Virus record (IMG/VR): IMGVR_UViG_3300028025_006304
Coordinates: 32,001 to 96,000 of that record
Reading direction: 5' to 3' (one strand)
Length of the DNA stretch: 64,000 nt
Source of the DNA: a virus
Below, piece by piece: positions 62,610-64,000 of this stretch. The position numbers were made by a program, and so were the translations under genes. Below the pieces are notes generated by a model. The model saw nothing but the letters and a program-made list of their open reading frames with translations. It was not told the origin of the DNA and made no database searches. Numbering within the stretch: the stretch's first letter is position 1; every line of letters starts with the position of its first letter.

Positions 62610-62669
62610 TTCTGTTTTTATTTATTTGATTAAATATACGAACTATATTTCAGATATCCAAACCTATAG

Positions 62670-63368
62670 TTAGCTAGTTGTAATGGTTGAGTTTAATTTA
62701 AACTTACCTTTATTATACACTATATATGAGTTATTCTCTATCCAATCACCACAGTTAATATAATGGATTTCTCTATCTAATCCGAGTACAGGTGTGTGAA
62801 TGTGTCCACAAATCACCCCTTTACATTTACGTTTTTCGGCTTGGTATTCTAATTGTTTCTCAAACGATGTAATAAATTTAACTGCGCTCTTTACCTTGTC
62901 TTTAAGGTATTTACTTAGTGAGCGTTTATATCCTAATCGTTTTAGGGTTCTGTCAATTATTATTGCTAATTCATACCCCACTGAACCTAATATCCCCAAC
63001 CATTTTAATTGGACTACTCCATCGTATTTGTCTCCGTGTGTGATGTAATAACCATTCCAAATTGTTTCATCAAGGATTTGGATGTTGCCAAAATCAAATG
63101 GAGTATAATTTCTTAGATATTCATCGTGATTTCCGGTTATGTAAAATACTTCTGTTCCGTTTTTGGAATATGATAGTATTTTACGAATCACATTAGTGTG
63201 TGATTGAGGCCAATAGTGACGTTTTTTTAGAAGCCACCCATCAATAAAATCTCCTACAATAAATAATTTTTGAGGTTCATATTTTTTTAAGACTTCAAGT
63301 AGTTCTTGGGCATTGCTCCCTTTACTACCTAAATGAACATCTGATATGAATAAGGCTTCAATCTTCAT
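62670..63368 (-). CDS. UDP-2,3-diacylglucosamine hydrolase-like metallophosphoesterase (LpxH family)
   Basis: LFISDVHLG, GDFIDGW, GNHDE, THGD, CGHIHTP, NCGDWIEN. Confidence 0.85.
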   Translation of the reverse strand: MKIEALFISDVHLGSKGSNAQELLEVLKKYEPQKLFIVGDFIDGWLLKKRHYWPQSHTNVIRKILSYSKNGTEVFYITGNHDEYLRNYTPFDFGNIQILDETIWNGYYITHGDKYDGVVQLKWLGILGSVGYELAIIIDRTLKRLGYKRSLSKYLKDKVKSAVKFITSFEKQLEYQAEKRKCKGVICGHIHTPVLGLDREIHYINCGDWIENNSYIVYNKGKFKLNSTITTS

Positions 63369-63371
63369 AAA

Positions 63372-64000
63372 TCAATTAGATAATGGTGCTTTAATTGCTG
63401 GGTGTGATTGATAGTTCTCCAAAATAACATCTACAGGTGAACTACAGAAGATTCCATCCCTAACATGTACCGTAGGTAGCTTCATCGGCTCTCTAGTAAT
63501 TTGTTCTTTGGCTTGTTCAATATGATTTTTATACAGGTGAACATCTCCTAGATTGCCAATCAATTCATCAGGAACCATATTAACCTCATCTGCAATCATT
63601 TCAAGTAGTAAACCGTATGAAGCAATATTGAAGGGTAAGCCGAGGAATGTATCTACTGAACGTTGATTCCACATTAATGAGATTGCTCTGTATTTTCCAG
63701 GATTAACAATCTTTTCTTCACGTGTAGTTAGTCTTGTATAAACTTGAAATCCATAATGGCAAGGAGGTAGAGCCATCTGTTCTAGATCATCAACATTCCA
63801 AGCTGAAACCATTAATCGTCTTGAGTCTGGGTTTGTTTTGAGTTGATAAATTAAATTTTTAATTTGATCAATATGATCACTTGTTAAATCAGATGAGGGC
63901 CATTTTCTCCATTGTGCTCCATAAATTGGACCTAATTCACCCCAAACATGTGCAAATTCTTCATCAGTTTTGATCCGTTCAATAAACTCATCTATAGTAT
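63372..64000 (-). CDS. thyA: Thymidylate synthase (5' end outside window)
   Basis: LGPIYGAQWR, NPDSRRLMVSAWN, LPPCH, WNQRSVDTFLGLPFNIASY, GDVHLYKNH. Confidence 0.97.
   Translation of the reverse strand, partial: TIDEFIERIKTDEEFAHVWGELGPIYGAQWRKWPSSDLTSDHIDQIKNLIYQLKTNPDSRRLMVSAWNVDDLEQMALPPCHYGFQVYTRLTTREEKIVNPGKYRAISLMWNQRSVDTFLGLPFNIASYGLLLEMIADEVNMVPDELIGNLGDVHLYKNHIEQAKEQITREPMKLPTVHVRDGIFCSSPVDVILENYQSHPAIKAPLSN

Larger units (their letters stand above)
51400..62662 (-). promoter_or_regulatory. About 25 copies of early promoter TTG-N17-TCG-TATATT(T/C)A
   Basis: Plus-strand aatatacg at e.g. 51408, 51972, 54800, 55586, 55868, 56155, 56440, 56757, 57804, 58198, 58937, 59159, 59475, 59778, 60391, 60610, 60971, 62307, 62632; resembles the Bacteroidota -33 TTTG / -7 TAnnTTTG promoter. 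Confidence 0.85.

Noticed and set aside
542-63048. Plus-strand ORFs in the track (e.g. 542-856, 2649-2915, 20077-20382, 46468-47076, 54369-54794, 61915-62358)
   Set aside because: Antisense shadows of well-supported minus-strand genes or promoters; Ser/Phe/Leu-rich composition; no motifs or start signals

Overview
AT-rich fragment of a large T4-like (myovirus-type) jumbo phage genome with essentially every real gene on the minus strand. A Bacteroidota host is inferred from TTG-N20-TATATTTA promoters, a lipoprotein with D-T-T motifs, an Hc1-like histone and Gln-after-signal-peptide proteins. Layout: head module (gp23 capsid, scaffold, gp21 protease, gp20 portal, gp17 terminase; 0.1-10.7 kb); a spanin-like pair and auxiliary enzymes; a long block of putative head-cargo proteins (15.9-26.7 kb); exonuclease and primase; tail fibre and baseplate genes (28.9-48.2 kb); a gp55-like late sigma; a tRNA cluster (7 canonical tRNAs plus 4-5 odd structured RNAs; 51.1-52.9 kb); an array of small genes each with its own early promoter (53.4-62.6 kb); an LpxH-like phosphoesterase; and a truncated thyA. 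Best candidates for undescribed biology: (1) a capsid-cargo system in which many proteins share an N-terminal leader ending in (L/I)-x-E, and several, notably an 844-aa five-domain enzyme chain, look like polyproteins delimited by prohead-protease sites, with in-frame inserts flanked by duplicated linker DNA; (2) non-canonical tRNA-like RNAs (hypertrophied anticodon arm, D-armless UAU, permuted Y-RNA-like); (3) a promoter-cassette array headed by three tandem promoters next to a palindrome-rich non-coding island, a possible first-injected genome end. All family assignments come from motif recognition by eye; no searches were run.
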